NCBI GenBank assembly: GCA_965207375.1
Contig: CBDBMG010000003.1
Span: forward strand, 384,001 to 448,000
DNA length: 64,000 bases
Source of the DNA: Nitrosopumilaceae archaeon
GTDB taxonomy: Archaea > Thermoproteota > Nitrososphaeria > Nitrososphaerales > Nitrosopumilaceae
Reading direction: 5' to 3'
The notes beneath the pieces were generated by a model. It made no database searches and was not told the origin of the DNA. It saw only the letters and a list, made by a program, of their open reading frames with translations. The position numbers and the translations under genes are program-made. Below are positions 48,829 to 64,000 of the stretch, one piece after another; within the stretch, counting starts at the first letter, position 1; each line of letters opens with the position of its first letter.

Positions 48829-49936
48829 CACTTTGTGGGCAAAAACAATTTCAAGAAACCAGATACTCCAACCTTCGGTGTGCACCTGGTTTAAAAATGA
48901 ATTTATATGATCACCCAATTACAATGATGCCTTCAAGAAAGCCAAAGAATCTTTCACCGTGACAGCAATATTATCATTCTTTGATACCAACAAATCCACA
49001 CAGTCACACACTGACGCAAGTCACCAACCATGGCCTTGGCTTTATCCTTCAGCAACAATCCACTGATCGAAGCTGGAAGTAGCTAGGGATGGGTGATACT
49101 GAAAATTAAAGCTACAATAATTGTCCACTAAAATATCACTGTTATTACAAATATTACAATATTGATTGAGTTGACAATAATAATACTACAAACATAATAG
49201 AAGAAATATTTATACAAATTATATTGTTTTTGAGCAATAAACCTTATGGTTTTACGGTATTGATGATAATGGAACATTCGTAAACACCTCACTGGACGAT
49301 GATCTTATTGTTAATGGTTGCAGGCTCTTCATCCCAACTAAGATGTGCCAGGCCAACAGGTGTTATCACAACTCCATGAATCACACCAGGGATCCGTCAG
49401 AACTAAACAAAGGGCTTGCCTTTCTATATATTGGCCAGCCATTGATAATGATATTGATAACTATATTCTTACATGTATGTTATTGTGAAGGTAATCTTGT
49501 TACACGTGTAAAAATTAAGCAACACCAAGGGGCCCATTATTCAAAAATCCATGCCATAACAGCCATCTCATTGATCTTTGCTCATGCATATGCTAATCAT
49601 ATAGCTAACGTTCGATGGTGGGATAGCCGACTTACTTGTCTTAAATCTCAACTTTGCTTGGCAGAACTTTTCACAGCCACAAGTTGGCAGTAATTTAAGC
49701 CAGAAAGCTTTTAGTTATGTACGTATATCATAATAGTAATGCCCTGGCTACACAGTAATTAAAAATGGGGCTAACATAACTAAAATGGGTGAAAATATCC
49801 CTTATATATATAGCTATGTATCTGAGTTTCTAGAAACTTGGGTTAATTTAACACATTTTTTTACTGTGTATAGTACTATAGGAATATTATTTATTAATAC
49901 TCTTATCATCATAAGGTGTTGTTTTATTACTTATAG

Positions 49937-63378
<13,442 letters not shown>

Positions 63379-64000
63379 GTAAAGAATTGTGTGTGATGTG
63401 TTGTATTATTTGAATGACTAATGTAGAAATACAGCTATTATTAAATTATCAATAAAGCCAATATGAAAATATAGTAGAGCAATAAATTGAACGTTTTCAA
63501 TCATTTGAGAAAGTAAAGCAGTGTTGCACACCTTAATGACTCTTTAGAGAAAATCCTAACTACGTATAAGCTTCATACTTTTATGCTATTGTACGTAGAT
63601 AATCATGTAATTGATCACTTTTACAATTTTGTGTGGATTACATAAGTTAGTACTTTTAGTTTCCCAACCCCTATGCACATTTTCATTTTAACAATGCATT
63701 TGAACCAAATACTGCAGATATTATGTACAAGTTTGCAGAACACATATGAAGTTGTTAAACTCAATGGTTAAAAACACTCTAATACCACACACATTATATT
63801 AAGCAATCTAATAGAACTATCAATTCAACTTTGTATACTGAAAAAGTTGATGTTTTACCATCAAAATCCAGCCGCTGTATAAGTTTGACTACTGTTAATC
63901 AATTGATATTGTTAATTACGGGATGACATTAAACTCAAAATGTCCCTGCTGAGTTGAAAATGCTGTTTTCTCCTTGTCACTTTCCTCTACAGCTACGTAC

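Overview
This is AT-rich, intron-containing eukaryotic DNA. By inference it comes from a non-bilaterian animal such as a demosponge, based on the 2A-like peptide, the CARD/filamin gene architecture and the transposon repertoire. From left to right: (1) the 5' part of a minus-strand Helitron/Helentron-like ORF, missed by the ORF track, with a 2A/StopGo motif (DVEVNPG|P) and a 93-bp coding tandem repeat; (2) an ISL2EU/Harbinger-type transposon with a disrupted THAP-DDE transposase and a convergent spliced SWIM-YqaJ-PHD gene; (3) about 21 kb (9.8-31.3 kb) of ORF-free direct and inverted duplications interrupted by a non-autonomous Helitron and many MITEs; (4) an intronless metacaspase-like (peptidase C14) gene with one in-frame TGA, head-to-head with an unannotated 39-aa EF-hand ORF across a 0.3-kb spacer with two TATA-like boxes, which is the best candidate for an undescribed system; (5) an intronless 798-aa MYND-finger gene; (6) nested DNA transposons, a Tigger/pogo relic, a fragmented Ty3/Gypsy element and a near-perfect 400-bp palindrome; (7) a partial spliced host gene (CARD-like, coiled coil, filamin repeat) that runs off the right end. 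All assignments were made by eye from motifs, without database searches.
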